Positions 32,640-45,816 of a stretch of DNA of 64,000 bases are shown piece by piece (within the stretch, counting starts at the first letter, position 1; each line of letters opens with the position of its first letter). The position numbers and the translations under genes were made by a program. Source of the DNA: Yuukianura sp. NJ FZ-2021 (Eukaryota); NCBI GenBank assembly GCA_046563655.1, contig CM102289.1, forward strand, positions 4,588,001 through 4,652,000, written 5' to 3'. A model generated the notes under the pieces. That model had not been told where the DNA came from and ran no database searches. It saw nothing but the letters and a program-made list of their open reading frames with translations.

Positions 32640-35600
32640 CTAAGTGTAACCCGCGAGGATGTCCGTGAGACCCATGAGGACGTTGATGAGGCCACTGGTT
32701 GTTCCTTGTCCAACCAAATGGGACAGTTCATTTACAATGTCTTTCAGAGAATTTTCGTTTTTCTGATCCACTCGATAACCCCTGGCGTCAAAAACTTTCA
32801 CAATCTCGTCGTAATGTGAGAACTGAAACATTTTGGTTTCAAACAAAAGAGCTCTGAATTAATTAAATTAATTCTAAAATAATGTGGACACTGAGGGATT
32901 TAAATATTAGATTTAGTTTAACGTACATCAAGCGTACACGAGAATGCGCTCCCGTGAGTTTCAATTTGTTTCCTACATACTTCGTTCCATCGGCCATCGT
33001 TTCCAATGAAAGTCCCAATGGGAATCTGTTTTGAAATAAGTTCGGACTTATTAACGTAGTAGCAGGTGAAATGGCCAAAAAAGTTTGTCGAACAGTGAAA
33101 TGACCAGAAGAGAAAAGACCAGAACTTGAAAGACCTTAATTTAAGTTTCCTGAGCTTTTTTTTCCTTTTTGGTCATTTCACACTTTTTGGCCAAATTACA
33201 TGGAAACATTAACGTTACGCATACTAGACTTTGTAATTCTAATTATAAAAAAAACTATTTACGTTGTGTCGGTTTAATGTGTCGAATTCTGTGATCGCGT
33301 ATCCTTGACTACCGTCACCAGCAACTGTCCAGACTTCCCTGCCGGGACAAGACAACTTTGCCCCTATGGCATACCCAATCCCGCAACCAACACCGGCAAA
33401 CGGTTCACTCCCGATCCAACTGAGGGGACTCGATGGCCTTAATTAACAAATTACAAAAGTGTTAATTAGTACTTCACCACGAAAATTTATGGTATACACT
33501 TGTGTACTTTCCAGGGCAAGCACCGATTTTTTCCATTTTATTTTTGCAAGTACTCTATGAACAACTGATCACGAAAATTAAATTTTCATGAGGGGTCTCA
33601 AAAAAAATTTTTTTTTTCTTCAGGAGATAGGAAACAGCACAAAAAGTTACATTAAGAGAAAAAGTGAAAGTTTTATTGTGTTGATCTACTGTTATTTTCC
33701 AGCACCGAATATGCGGTCTCAAGGTTATTAAATTGAGAACTGTCGCGTGTAATATAAAAGCTTTTACGGGACTTTGATGTTTTTACTCAAATCACGAAGG
33801 CGTAATGATTTGAATGTATTGGGGAGAGCCTGGAACCCGAGGTTTACTTCGCTCTAAATTGATTTGAACTATCCTTTCATGCTTTATTTCACTGTAACTT
33901 TATTGTCCGATTTTTAGATCCAACAACAAAATTCTGATTATTATTATTCCTGTTTAGAATACCTTAATTAGACATAAAACAACTATTGGGCTAAGTCGTA
34001 GACAGAAAAAATATTCGAATTTCTTTTTCAAAATTTTGAAAAAATACTTTTTCGAGACCCCTCAGAAAATTAAAAAAAAATGCAGGGTTCGGTTCGTTGT
34101 TTACAGGAAAAAAAAGAACAAATTCAATGCTTGCACTTGATAGAACAATTTTTCCAAAAACAACAATTTACTTCAAAAAACGAGGGGCTAGATGTGTAAA
34201 GTCTCCCGTATCAAAAGTCCAGAGTATATCTTTGTGTCCCAAACAACTCTCCAGCGTTCTCAAGATATTTAGCGGATTGAGGTGAATATTTGCCTTCTCT
34301 TGCGTTTTCTTTTCATTGGATTTTAAAGTTCCAAATTTTGCACCACAGGTTTAAGTATTTTGTGATACCAATTTCATACCTTGTGAAGAAATGCTTCATA
34401 CTCATCTTCCTCCGCTCGCAAAGACGATATCCAGGAATCGGGGGCAGCATAAGACTGTCGTCGAAGTGCCTTCGATAACTTGATCAAGTAGTGGCAGACG
34501 TCACTTTCCACAATTTGGGCCGAAAACCACGTTGTCCCGTCATTCTGTTTAATACAATTGCTATAACATTTAGGTACAAATGCACCGTAGTCGTACAACA
34601 TTCCTCCAGGGGACAATATAGGAAGTAACTTTTAACTAACTTACAAGGGATGCCAGCTTCCCAGATCTATTGACACTAATAATATTTGAACGGTTGACTA
34701 TTCAGCTGAGGTGACAAACGGATGTTCACACCAGGTCTTGTTTATTCTCATCCTTTTACTCATTCTTTTATTTAACTTATTCTTATTGTTAATTGTTTTA
34801 AAGTATTTATTAATGACGTTAATTGTTAAAACAATTGACTAAAGTTAAGTAAAAGAATGAGTAAAAGGATGAGAATAAACAACACCTGGTGTGAACACCT
34901 TTGTCACCTCAGCTGAATAGTCAACCGTTCAAATTTTCGGTTCCCGCCATCCAAACTCCGCCCAACTCCGTTACGCTCTTATACATGGCTTGGACACAAA
35001 TTAAAAAACACTTTAGGAAGTGACTTTTAACTAACTTACAAGGGATGCCAGCTTCCCAGATCTATTGACACTAATAATATTTCCTTTTTTTGGGAGGTCC
35101 AAGCCAAAACGGATGGTCCAGTCACACGGTACTCCTGCCAAAATTACAGTGTCAGCCCCAGGAAGAATTTTTTTAAGCAGGGTATCTTGGGTCAACTACG
35201 TTCAAGGTAAATTAATTAGTCAATTAAGTATGATACAGGAACGGTAATATTCAATAAAAATCTCTAATCAGAACATTCTTTAAGTATCTTACCAAATACT
35301 TGTGCGATTTTCCCATGAGACCTTTCGAACTAAAAAGCAGGAATGTGGGAATCTGCAACTTCTTCAGGCGTTTGGATAGTTTCTTTATTTTCGGTACTTG
35401 AAGAACAGCCTGCGCACCCACGACCAAAACTGGTTTTGCTCCAGTAGTAATTATGCTAGTGGACTTGGCAACTATGTAAAATAAAATTCAAGGAGAAGGC
35501 ATATTAACAGCAGTAGCAGATGAAATGGCTAAAACAATTTGGCCAACAGTGAAATTGTCAGAGGTGAGACAACCAATAGTGAAATGGCCACAAAGTGAAA

Positions 35601-37178
35601 TGACCAGACAGAAAATGACCAAAAAGTGAAAAAGTAATAAGAAAAGGCCTAGAAGTGAAAAGGTCAGAATCATAAAAGGTTAGAAGAGAAACTGATAACA
35701 AAATGATTTCACACCTAGTCAGAGTCATGCTACATTCTAATATAAAATTTTGAAATCGAAAATTTCTGTATTTTTATACGGACACAAAGTTTGCATCTAT
35801 CTCTTCACTACTGCAAATGTACAACAACACACAAGTGTGGTGTCACAGCAAAGAATTATATAGAAGTCCTTTTTCAAAATTTTGAAAGCGAGGAATCTCC
35901 CATTAGACTAATTTGAGTTACTTTCTTTTTATGTTCGGTTTGAGAAAATGCGTTTGGTGTTAACATAACTGTATGGTTTCTAGTAAACAATATCGGAAAT
36001 CTCACATTTTAAAATACTCTAGTAAATAATACTTGGCTTTGCAATTGTAATCTTCTATGAATCTTTTCACTTTTAGGTAATTTCACTTTTTGGACATTTG
36101 ACATTAAGATGAATCGGGAGTTGATACGTATAAATCATGACTAAGAGAAAGTTACTTTCTGGTGCAGACGCTTTCGGGAAACAGACAGGAAGCGGTGCAA
36201 AGTCAGTATCGATAACTTCCTTGGGCGTTAGGTCTTCGTGCTCATCAGTACCACGGAGGAATGGTTGAGGTTTGAATTCAAAATTTTTTACTAGAACATC
36301 CGTCGGCATTTCTACATAAACTGGACCTGTAAAAGTTGAGACAAAGCTAAAAACGTCACTGCTGACGCGAGCGCAATTTACACAGCAATTGACAATCAAC
36401 GAAATTCATCTACTTTTAGGCATTGGGTGAAATAATATGTTTCTTGTAATACCTGGCACATCCGACAAAGCTATCTGAAACGCTTTCTTCATGATTGAAA
36501 TAACTTGACTCTTCTTTTGTAAAGTAAATGCCGCTTTGCAAACTGTTTTCATCAAGCCTACTTGATCCATGTCCTGGAGGTAGCCAATACTTCGAAGTTT
36601 TGTGGGAACTCCGCCACCTCAACAAAAATATTTCATTTAGACATGCGAAATCAACAATGGACGTCCTTTCTTGCTTATGTTATATGTGTTGTACTTAAAA
36701 TCAGGAGTGGAACTTCGTTGAAGGTGGCGTCAAGTGCACCGTGGATAGTGTTTGCTAACCCGGGACCTGTTGTGACGGTCATTACTCCCGGAACTCCTGT
36801 AATATGACTACTAGCTTTTGCTGCAAACACCCCAGTGGCCTAAAACACATAGTAACTTATGTTACATGGTATGTTTACATCAATAATGTTTAAGTAAAAC
36901 ATTAAAGTTTAAATAAAATACCAGTGAAAAATACCATTACCTTTGACTCAATTAGTTAACAATTCTGAATATAACAATTGTAGGAGGTCATTTTGCATTA
37001 AGTTTACCTCTTGCCTCGTATCAACGATTCTAATTCCAGCATTATGTGCTTCCAAGATGAATTCGGCTGTAGATCCTCCACAAAGAGTGCAGATGAATTT
37101 AACTCCATGGGACTTAAGTACTTCCACAATCAACTGAGCGCCCGATTTCTCATTCGCCTTCTTGTCCTCAGCCTCCAT
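32640..37178 (-). CDS. ILVBL: Acetolactate-synthase-like / 2-hydroxyacyl-CoA lyase 2-like ThDP-dependent enzyme (divergent, ~11 exons)
   Basis: GAQLIVEVLKSHGVKFICTLCGG...IRIVDTRQE, VTTGPGLAN, YLQDMDQ, GPVYVEMPTDVL, HLNPLNIL, GIGYAIGAKL...VAGDGSQGY...IGNDGRW (ThDP GDG...N motif); open frame across reconstructed exons; TAG at 32640. Confidence 0.85.
33055..33195. repeat. Repeat family with ~15-bp tandem subunits (AGTGAAATGAYCAGA); other copies at ~35513-35690 and ~62555-62720
   Basis: All three carry a terminus like GTAGCAGGTGAAATGG and tandem AGTGAAA(T/A)G subunits; two form hairpins. Confidence 0.7.
33511..34140. mobile_element. Degenerate inverted-repeat element filling an ILVBL intron
   Basis: TCCAGGGCAAGCA...TGAGGGGTCTCAAAAAAA vs TTTTTCGAGACCCCTCA...TGCTTGCACTTGA. 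Confidence 0.6.
34684..34934. mobile_element. Young foldback MITE in an ILVBL intron
   Basis: Near-perfect ~90-bp arms ATTTGAACGGTTGACTATTCAGCTGAGGTGACAAA... / ...TTTGTCACCTCAGCTGAATAGTCAACCGTTCAAAT. Confidence 0.9.
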
Positions 37179-37607
37179 TCTATTGTTGACACGAATTTAA
37201 GTCAAACTCTGTGTTCTGCCGAAGCCTTTGAAACCACTACTACTAAGTTTGAACAAATATGTGTATTTTCAGTTCCATTTCATGGCATTGGTGGACAACA
37301 CTGTTGCGTAGTTGACCATTTTCCGAGACATTATGTGGAAATTCACAAGTTCTCATTAGCGCTTTATTGCACGAGCATGGATGGCTAGAGTTATGCAGAG
37401 TACGTTCAACCCCAATTTCCCTATTCTTTTTAAGAATTTTATAAAACTTCTGAAAAAATGATGTAAACATGAATTCGATAAGCCCGGGCGGGAAAATAGC
37501 CCGCCCGGAAGAAGGAAATTCTGTTCCTTAGATGTTGTATTAGTATTTTCCTCAATTGAAATAATCATTACGAAATTAAATTGCGTGTGCTAATTTCTAA
37601 TTATTAC

Positions 37608-37920
37608 ACTACTGTTGACTAGGAGATAAACTGTTCCAATGGATAGTTGCAGAAAAGGCCGTAAGCTTACGAATAAAATAGATACTTGATGCTTATTTAC
37701 AATTTTAATTCTTAAATTTATTTTTCAAACTACCGGTGCAAAAACGGTATTTCCGGTAACCCTGCTGCGGGACTAATGTTAACTTCGATGTGTAACCATT
37801 TTTTCAATATAGGAAACTAATTCTAGAAATAAATTTAAAAAATAAAATTTTAAGTAAAGTATACGTCAAAATTTAGTTGTATGGAACTACTCAATGGAAC
37901 AATCTGCTAGCCAACAGTAT
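37608..37920. mobile_element. Degenerate inverted-repeat element
   Basis: TACTGTTGACTAG...TGTTCCAATGGATAGTT vs AACTACTCAATGGAACA...CTAGCCAACAGTA. Confidence 0.5.
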
Positions 37921-38689
37921 TTTGAAGCAAATGGTAAATAAGTGGCTACATATCGACACTAACATTAATTTCCTGCTTTCTAAATACTAACTTAATTTTC
38001 TAGTGAATTTAGTCAGCAAATGTACTATTTGTTACTCGCTAAGTAAATTCACAAGAAAATTAAGAGTTAATGTGTAGGAATTAACAAACTCTTGTTTGTA
38101 ACTGTAACTAACCGCATGGTAGGATTCACCATGCGTACAAATAAAATTCAAAATGTCCAAGTTCGGGGTAGTCCTTTAGATCATTTGTAATCGAAGTCAT
38201 AGAATTCGGTATTCATTCGGAATAATATTCGGCAATCATTTGCCATGAAGTAATATTACTTCATATGAAGATTACGAAATATAAATACGCCACTCATTCA
38301 AACTAGGAGGTCTCATCTCATACTTTTAGTTTTTTTTTCTGTGTAACTGGTAAAATCAGTTACAATGTCCGGCTTTTGAACATTTCCAGTTTTTCCAATA
38401 ATCGAATAAAACTGCACAGAAAAAAATGAACCATACCACAATTTTTGTTCTGTCTGCTCACAAAAATCTACGTTTTATTGTAAACCGCAACAGGGTAAAA
38501 CAAACTCCATTACGCTACAGCTTTGTTTTCAAAATTAACTTTGTTACCAAAGTAGGATTTCATAAACCCAGAACCGTTAGTCTTTAGTTTCAAGTCTTAT
38601 TTATCAAGTTTTTATTCTGAGTTTAGAGATAATTAAAAATAAATATTTTTCCTTAGTTGCGAACTATATTTTTGTTTGTTGAGTTTATC

Positions 38690-38830
38690 GCGTGTTCCAG
38701 AAGTTAGTCTCATTTTTGATTCCGCTCAAAACTCATAAGCTCCAAAAATTCAACGGTTGGAGATGGAGATGAGATGGAGACGTTAGACATGGACAAAAAA
38801 GATGAAACTAACTTTTGGAAGTACAACATA
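38690..38830. mobile_element. Small MITE (same family as 21289-21415)
   Basis: GTGTTCCAGAAGTTAG ... CTAACTTTTGGAA inverted ends. Confidence 0.65.
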
Positions 38831-38947
38831 CCCAATGTAATAAGAAACATGGTCAAACATAATCTATAAATGTTAGTTCGTTACGTGTTGACGAGAACTG
38901 CGTTTGAAATTAGAACCGGCCTTTGGTATTGGAGTTTATGTCGATTG

Positions 38948-41900
38948 TTAGTAACAAGAGAAGCAAGCTTGAAATGCATGTCTGAACTTGAGTGACATGA
39001 TGTGGTAGAGGATAGGATTGATACAAGTGGACACGTAGTACAACACGCCAGAAACGTATGTCAACACGTGATATGTCAGACGCAAAGTTTCGGATGAATC
39101 CAACCAAGTCATTCCCCAAATGGACAGAAGTCGCTGAGCGTGGAATGGCGCCTATAGATTTACAAGAAAAATTTGAAGAGATCAAAGACATTCGCCGAAA
39201 CTGTGTTCGTCCGTAAATTACGAAACTGTGATGAACGTACCCAGCAAATAAAAAATGCAGCCACGACAGCCACTGAAAGGAATAAGAGAGAGCATCAATT
39301 ACAGGTTCAAAGGGCTCACTTTGTTTTGGCGTCTACTGTGTGTGTCAAACTCATCCTTCCTTTCCCACGACAGTTTTTGAATTTCAACCTCAAAAACGTT
39401 GAGTGCAGACTGAACGTTGCGTTGGCTAATCTAATCTCCCTTCTTGTAGAACCTATTCTAAAAACAATTTGAAATTAAAGTGGCGGAAAATACTTGCTAA
39501 GCTAACGATAAGTATCTAGTTTAGAACAATAAATTACGTAAAATAGCTGTAAACTAAAATTAATAAATAAAGTGGTTGTTAAAAGAAAGATACTTCCCGG
39601 CACACTTCTCGACACATAACCTAAACCTTTTTACTTCACCTTCATCAGTAAACGAAGATGTTGGTATTAACCCTGACCAGATGCAAAAAAAGGTTTAAAA
39701 AATTGGAATTCAGAATTGATTTGTTTTAGAAACTTTTTAAAACTTTGTTTTTTCTTCTGAAAAGCATCTTGATAAAGGCGTTTTACAGCAGAAAATATAC
39801 CGCGCGGGCCAGCGAAAGGAGTCCACCCCTATTTATTTTTTTTAACCCTTAAGAGACGGAGACTAAACTTCTTTGTTTCTCCTCATGAGGGGAAAGTTTA
39901 CTCAAAATTTACAACTGTAACTAACCGCACTGTTATGAATCATTCATAACAGATAAACAGGAATTTTTACGAATCACTCTGCTCGTTTTCCCTCCACTCT
40001 TGCGCGAAATTAAACAATAAATTACTAATTTTTGGGTATACACAGCATATTATAATAAATCCGGTCGTAACCCGGAGTATACGAAAGTAGCGAAGCACTT
40101 GACCTTTGACCCGGAAGGAGTTGACCCACCGGGATGATATTCAATAGTGAACATCCGCCCGACCTCCGGTGTTCACTAGTGAAAACAGATCCCGGAAATG
40201 TTGAGCCATTTCCGAGATAATTGCCGCCGGCGGCCGCCAGACAGACAGACAGACAGACAAGGTCGATGCATAAAGTAGCTTCGCTACTTAATAATATATT
40301 GGTATTATCACGTCTCGTCTCCATAGTCAAAAGCTATTTCAGCAACCTTCAAAATCAGCTTCTAAATTTTCACTTTCTCTTTTAATTAAAAGTTGTGAGC
40401 TGCGCTGGCATAATGAGGTTGTTTTGCCTTTCTATGTAAATACGTTCTAGAAAAACCTTCAAAGCTTATCCACAGTATCAGTGTATCGATTTTTTAAAGT
40501 TTAGAAAAAATAAATAAAGCTTCCGAAGCTATACACAACAATTTGTAGTAAATATAATTTCCGTTGTGTGACTCCACTTTAGAATCAATTCTCCAAAGAT
40601 TAACGTAAGAGATTCTTTGACCTTTTGTTATTCCAAAATTATCAGAAAATTCGGCGCTCATGCTTTGCGTTTTTCAACAAGTGAAGACCTTAATTCTGAA
40701 GAACAAAATGACACGAACATTGCAGTGATTCTCGTTTTTCCTAGATCTTGTTTTTCGTTATACTGTTTCGTTTTTCAATATAGTAAGTTTATATATCATC
40801 TCCCACTTGCTTTTAGGCGAATTTCCTTTTCATCCACACTCACTTTGAAAGTGGTTAAGAATCATTAATCACCTTTGCCTCACCGGAGGTTTCGTTAAAA
40901 TCCTACGAACCGGACCTTAACCCATTTTTCATTGGCTCGGCTCCAGCCTTGACATTCACTTTGACGTAGTTACACAGTGGCCGGCAGGAAAATTAATCTT
41001 TATTATTTAAATTAATTGATTGAGAATTAGTTAATTTGCAATTTTGATCTGAGGTTCCTGAGAACTCATTGTCTTCGGAACGGAGAACTACTATGTTAAA
41101 TCTTAGAATTTGTAGATGAATTTATGTGTTTTACGAGAATATCCCAGAAACTGTTTACATTTTAAGCATGCATATTCATTAACACTGTGGAGTTTGGAGT
41201 AAGAGTTCGAGGTGGATTTTGTCCCGGAATAAGTTTTCATGCTAACAGATTTGTATACTTAGGAACACGTTGGATATATTACTTTCCCCAAAGCTACAAA
41301 CATGAAAATATTATTATGAGAATAGTGTCCTAATTTTTCCTAATCTAGTCCTAGTTTCTAGTTTAAAAGTGTTCTTCCTCCAAATGCTGGCTTTTGTGGC
41401 TTTGCTTAAAAAAGGTCACTTAGGGACATTTGATGTTTCTACTGGTCAGAAAGGAGCATTTCTGGAATTCGAATTTTGAATTCTACAAAAGCAGTCGAAT
41501 ATTTTAGTTTCTCATTTAAAATTCGAATTTCGCATTCGTAGTCTGAATTATAAGCGGAACACCAGAAATAGAAACAGCATAGCAACAAATACGATTACGA
41601 GCTGTACTATACGTTAGCAAGTACTTTCCTTTTGTTTCGTTGTTTGTTTGCATTGAGAAGGGATAGCGGAAACCAATAGCAAATGACACTTTCAGCTTAA
41701 AAATAAACGAACAGTTACGTAAGTGCACCGGGTCATCTTTGGCATAAACCTTTTAGAAAAATGTGAAGTCATTGTGGAAGAAGTGTTAATACAAAAAAAC
41801 CGCAGCGATGCAATATTTAAAAAATGATCCATTGCCGCGAATAAACCTAACATTCATACCTAGCATTTTCAAAACCCGCTGCTGGCCGAGTTCCCGCTGG

Positions 41901-43055
41901 TGACTGCTGACGGACTTTCGCAAGCGTACTTTGGACTCGTTGACTAAGTTCGAGTTGCGCAGAGTGTATCCGATGAAGCAGTAGAGTCCGCTAATGAGAA
42001 TCATTGGTCCAACGAAGAAAACGAACGTGGCAATTTCAAACGAATGAACCAACACGACTCTTTTGACACTGCAGATGAGGCCTTCCGACCCCATGCCAGG
42101 GCTCATGGGAACCAGGCCAAGTTGGAGTGCCTAAACAAATGCACATCGTTAATATAATTGTTTGCGGAAAATATACTTTCGGATTCAGTAATAGAGGACA
42201 ATTTTGCTACTTCGGGGCGGTTAAGAAGAAAATTGCATGCACGGGTTTATGATTTCCATCTGTGTCCTTGCGGTATTCAAAATTTAAGGGATTTGTCCTA
42301 TATTAAGTTTAATCACCGGATATTTTTCCACTTATATATTCAACCAAGGTCGTCCTACTATTGTCGATAAGGAGTAAGCAACAAGGCCAAGGCCCAAACT
42401 TTTTCTAGAACGAGCGTACAATGTTAGCGAATGAGAGGTGGTAACTGTAACAAATATTTGTGTAATAAATCTTATATTTAAAATTTTAAAACTCCTTTTT
42501 TATTTAAAGAGGACTCACCTGTGGAATGGCGCATAAGACAGAAAGGACCCAGATAATGAGAATTTGTCGTACGACCCTGGAGAACTTGTGTTGCCACTTT
42601 TGGTGACAAAATGGTCTACAAACAGCCAAGTATCGTTCAACGGTAAATGCAGTTATCGTGAGCACTGTAGCGTTGGCGGATGTTTCAGAGGCCAGTCCAC
42701 GAATGACACAAAAAGTTTCGCCGAAGATGTCCGGGTATCTCCACCAGATGGAGTGCATTTCAGCCGGAAGTCCACTTAGAAGCAACAGAAGATCGGACAG
42801 GGCAAGGGAAAATAAGTAGTAGTTGGTAGTTGTATGCAAGTACTTAGATCGCACAATCACTATACAAGTGACAATGTTCCCTAGTAACCCACTCACTAGA
42901 ATCAAAATGTAAATCACTGTTATTGGAATCACTACTGTCAATGGGTCTCTCAATGGCCAGTAATTCTCGCTCGTCGCGGTAGTATTTCCGCGTTCTATCA
43001 CACTATGCAACTCACTGCTATTCAATTCACTGCCTAAATTGTAAAGCTCAGCCAT
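38948..43055 (-). CDS. Pyrokinin/PBAN (neuromedin-U-like, PRXamide) receptor, class A GPCR, 4 coding exons
   Basis: RDPLTVVIPITVIY...GLLGNIVTCIVI...TNYYLFSLALSDLLLL, ASETSANATVLTITAFTVERY, HSFEIATFVFFVGPM, RVLKMLVAVVAAFFICWAPFHAQRLL, SGVLYYVSTCINPILYHIMSLKFRHAF; TAA at 38948. Confidence 0.92.
40040..40300. mobile_element. DINE-1/Helentron-like non-autonomous element in GPCR intron
   Basis: (CAGA)n microsatellite at ~40237-40259; subterminal inverted pair AAGTAGCGAAGCACTT (~40085) / AAGTAGCTTCGCTACTT (~40273); GC-rich core. Confidence 0.55.
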
Positions 43056-45816
43056 GGTGCAAGCGTTGTTCGCCGTATTGGTAGAACCCAATTGGTAGTC
43101 AGATTACATCATCTCGGGCATTGTCACGATGTCTAAAGGAGAATTAAAAATTGAAACCACAATTGGAATCCACACTCATTGTTAGGTTTTCCAAAAGTAG
43201 TTTTTTGAGTGCAATGTGTTATAAGTCTATCCTAAGTGAATTAGCTTGTCTTACTGCATGCAGTATGTAACAAACACCAAAATGAAACGAATATTGGACG
43301 AACCTCTGTAACACATTCCATCTATATAAATCTTTTCTTCAAAAACATGAAATGACTTTTTCCTTGTGGGAGAAAGCTTAGATCTTGACAATGGCTCTGT
43401 GGATGACCTTCATTCATTTCTCTCTTTAATTTCCGCCAGCTTTCAATTCATGCCTTTGAAGGAAAACTTTCTCTCAATCCCAATTGAGGACATATAAAAA
43501 AAAAACTAAATTCTTATTTTCAGTAAAAAGAGTATCCGGAACGAGTAGGAAACTTTATCACAGTGATATTCAAAGGACACTTCAAACTCGACTTTTATGT
43601 TTGTGTAAATTTGTTCGCGATGTGTTTGTGGAGTTACTACCACTTTAAAGTTACGACTTGAAATACACAGAGACGTACTTATTGACATACGTGATAAAGC
43701 TCAGTAGGCGTTGTAGTAGATTTTTCTTCTGCAGAAGTTTGCGCCATTTCAGAAAAATGTTTGCAGTTGTAGGAAGTTCAGAATTGTGGCACATACTAGT
43801 TTGGTCTTTAACACCTTTTTAGCGCTGAATTTTCTTGGAGATTTGACACTTGAATGGAGATGAGAAAGCTTTAAAGCGGCGTGTGAATTCCGCTTTAGGA
43901 GTGAAATTCGACTGACTTTCTCTTTCCGAGATGCTTCTCCTCTCCACCAAAAGGAACTTCACGTCAACTCTTTCACTCGATCCCCCGTCACACATTCCTA
44001 TACACCAACTCGAACAACCCTGCAGAACAATCTTCAAACTCATTTTATTTCCTTAAAGGAAATGGTCTGCTTCAAATGACATGTCAAATTTGAAACATTT
44101 TAGTCTGCCATAGCAATCGCTTTTCTGAACCAACTTTCTCATGCTCCAATCAAACTTTTTGGTGTCACGATTTTCCAATTTTTCCTTTACGTTGGAAACG
44201 ACTTTGTCTCAGACCCTTCCCTGCTGCGCGTTTTGCTTCTCTAGAATAGTTTTCGGCTGAATAAGTTTCAAACTAGTACCTACTATAGTGCAAGGTAGCA
44301 GCGATATTAAAAAATTCGATTGGGTTACTAAATTGTGAGGCGGAAGTATTTCCTTTTTCTAACTTTATTGCTTTTGTTGGGTTTTTGGAGTTAGTTTGAG
44401 ATTAGGTTGAGTGAGGCATAGTAATTACAGACAGAACCCAATAACACTTATAACCTCCACGAAATCGACCGCTTCAAACTTTCCAACCATTCTATTTGGA
44501 TGTAATGATTGGCCGTATTTTGGGAAATCACATCACGGAAATGATGACGAGCGGCAGTCGGACATGGCTACCGTGCTCGAATTCTAATTTTGAAACGTAC
44601 AATTAGTTTTATGTTTTGTTTTGATTAGTTCCGGTAAAATTCCAACTTTCTTTGCAAAACTGCAACCAAAGGAGCCTAGCAAGAATATTCCAGCACCCGA
44701 CGCAACATTCAACAAAATTTGTGAATCTTCCCCAGAGAATTAATTCTAATAAGTAGTTTATGTAGTTTATCAACTAATAACTACAATCACGCAACTAAAT
44801 TGTTTGTTTTGCTTGTTTATAGGTATAAATTGACCCCGTTTCAAAACAACAACAAAATCATTTGTTTCGGTTAGCTTTGTTTCAGGTTAAAAAAAACTTT
44901 TTATTTGAACTCCAAATGAGCACAAAATCGGATCTCGCTTGAGCAGGATTTCGTATTTTCTTTTGTTTCAGGAGTTAGTTTTGAACTCTGTCCTGCAGTG
45001 TCTATTCTCACCTTTCACGAATGTCACATCAGTAATGCCAATGCCACATCACTCATATGTCAGGTCGCTTTTTGAATTCAATTTTTTTTTCTGGAGGAAC
45101 GAAGAAGCAAGGTTATGATTTCTCCAGACAACTCTATGCATCTTTTAAAGAAAATTTTTGAAACAATTCTAAAGTGGAGTAAAAACCTCTTTCATGCCAA
45201 CTTTAAGCACGGTTCACACAAACGATGCAATTTGCATTTCCATGCAATGTCCATTTTCCAAAATTTCAAAAATTATTCACGAAAAAGTTAGAACTATGGT
45301 TAGGGTTCATTTTACTGTACATTTACATGTGTAGATATTTCCTCATTCAAAAGTTTTTCACAATAAACATTCTAATTAGCAATCGACTTCGACTGCAATA
45401 CACGTTCCCGCAAATGAAAAAGTGTTCGCACATTACTTGAACTCGCGGAAAGTGGTATGTTTAATATGCGAAACGCCTTTTGAAATTGTGAACATTGAAA
45501 CCAATTTTTGCAAACACCACCAGTCCCATCATATTTTCATGTCTTGGAAATGGGTGCGAATGCGACGCAACCTTTCCCGACATATTTCTAGACACTACAG
45601 TTGCGTTTAGAAATGTGGTTCAGTGGATTAGTCAATCCAATCTTATCTCAATCTCAGTCGGTAAATTCGAAAGACAAAGTAAACATCTTACGAAGTTAAA
45701 CGTAAGATAGGCACCCAGCCAATTTTCGTAACCACACTAATTTGTCTGGTTAATTTAGTAAATCTTACAAATTTTATATTGGTAATCTCGCTCGACTTCA
45801 GCCACTACAGCGAAAA

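Noticed and set aside
32628..32643. Telomeric (TTAGG)n or telomerase-template-like motifs (also ~5317, ~7306, ~27449, ~62631)
   Set aside because: Only 2-3 units, often inside repeats; no supporting ncRNA structure.
32640..37178. Horizontally acquired bacterial acetolactate synthase
   Set aside because: Has ~10 spliceosomal introns and motifs fitting animal ILVBL; no positive evidence for transfer without a phylogeny.
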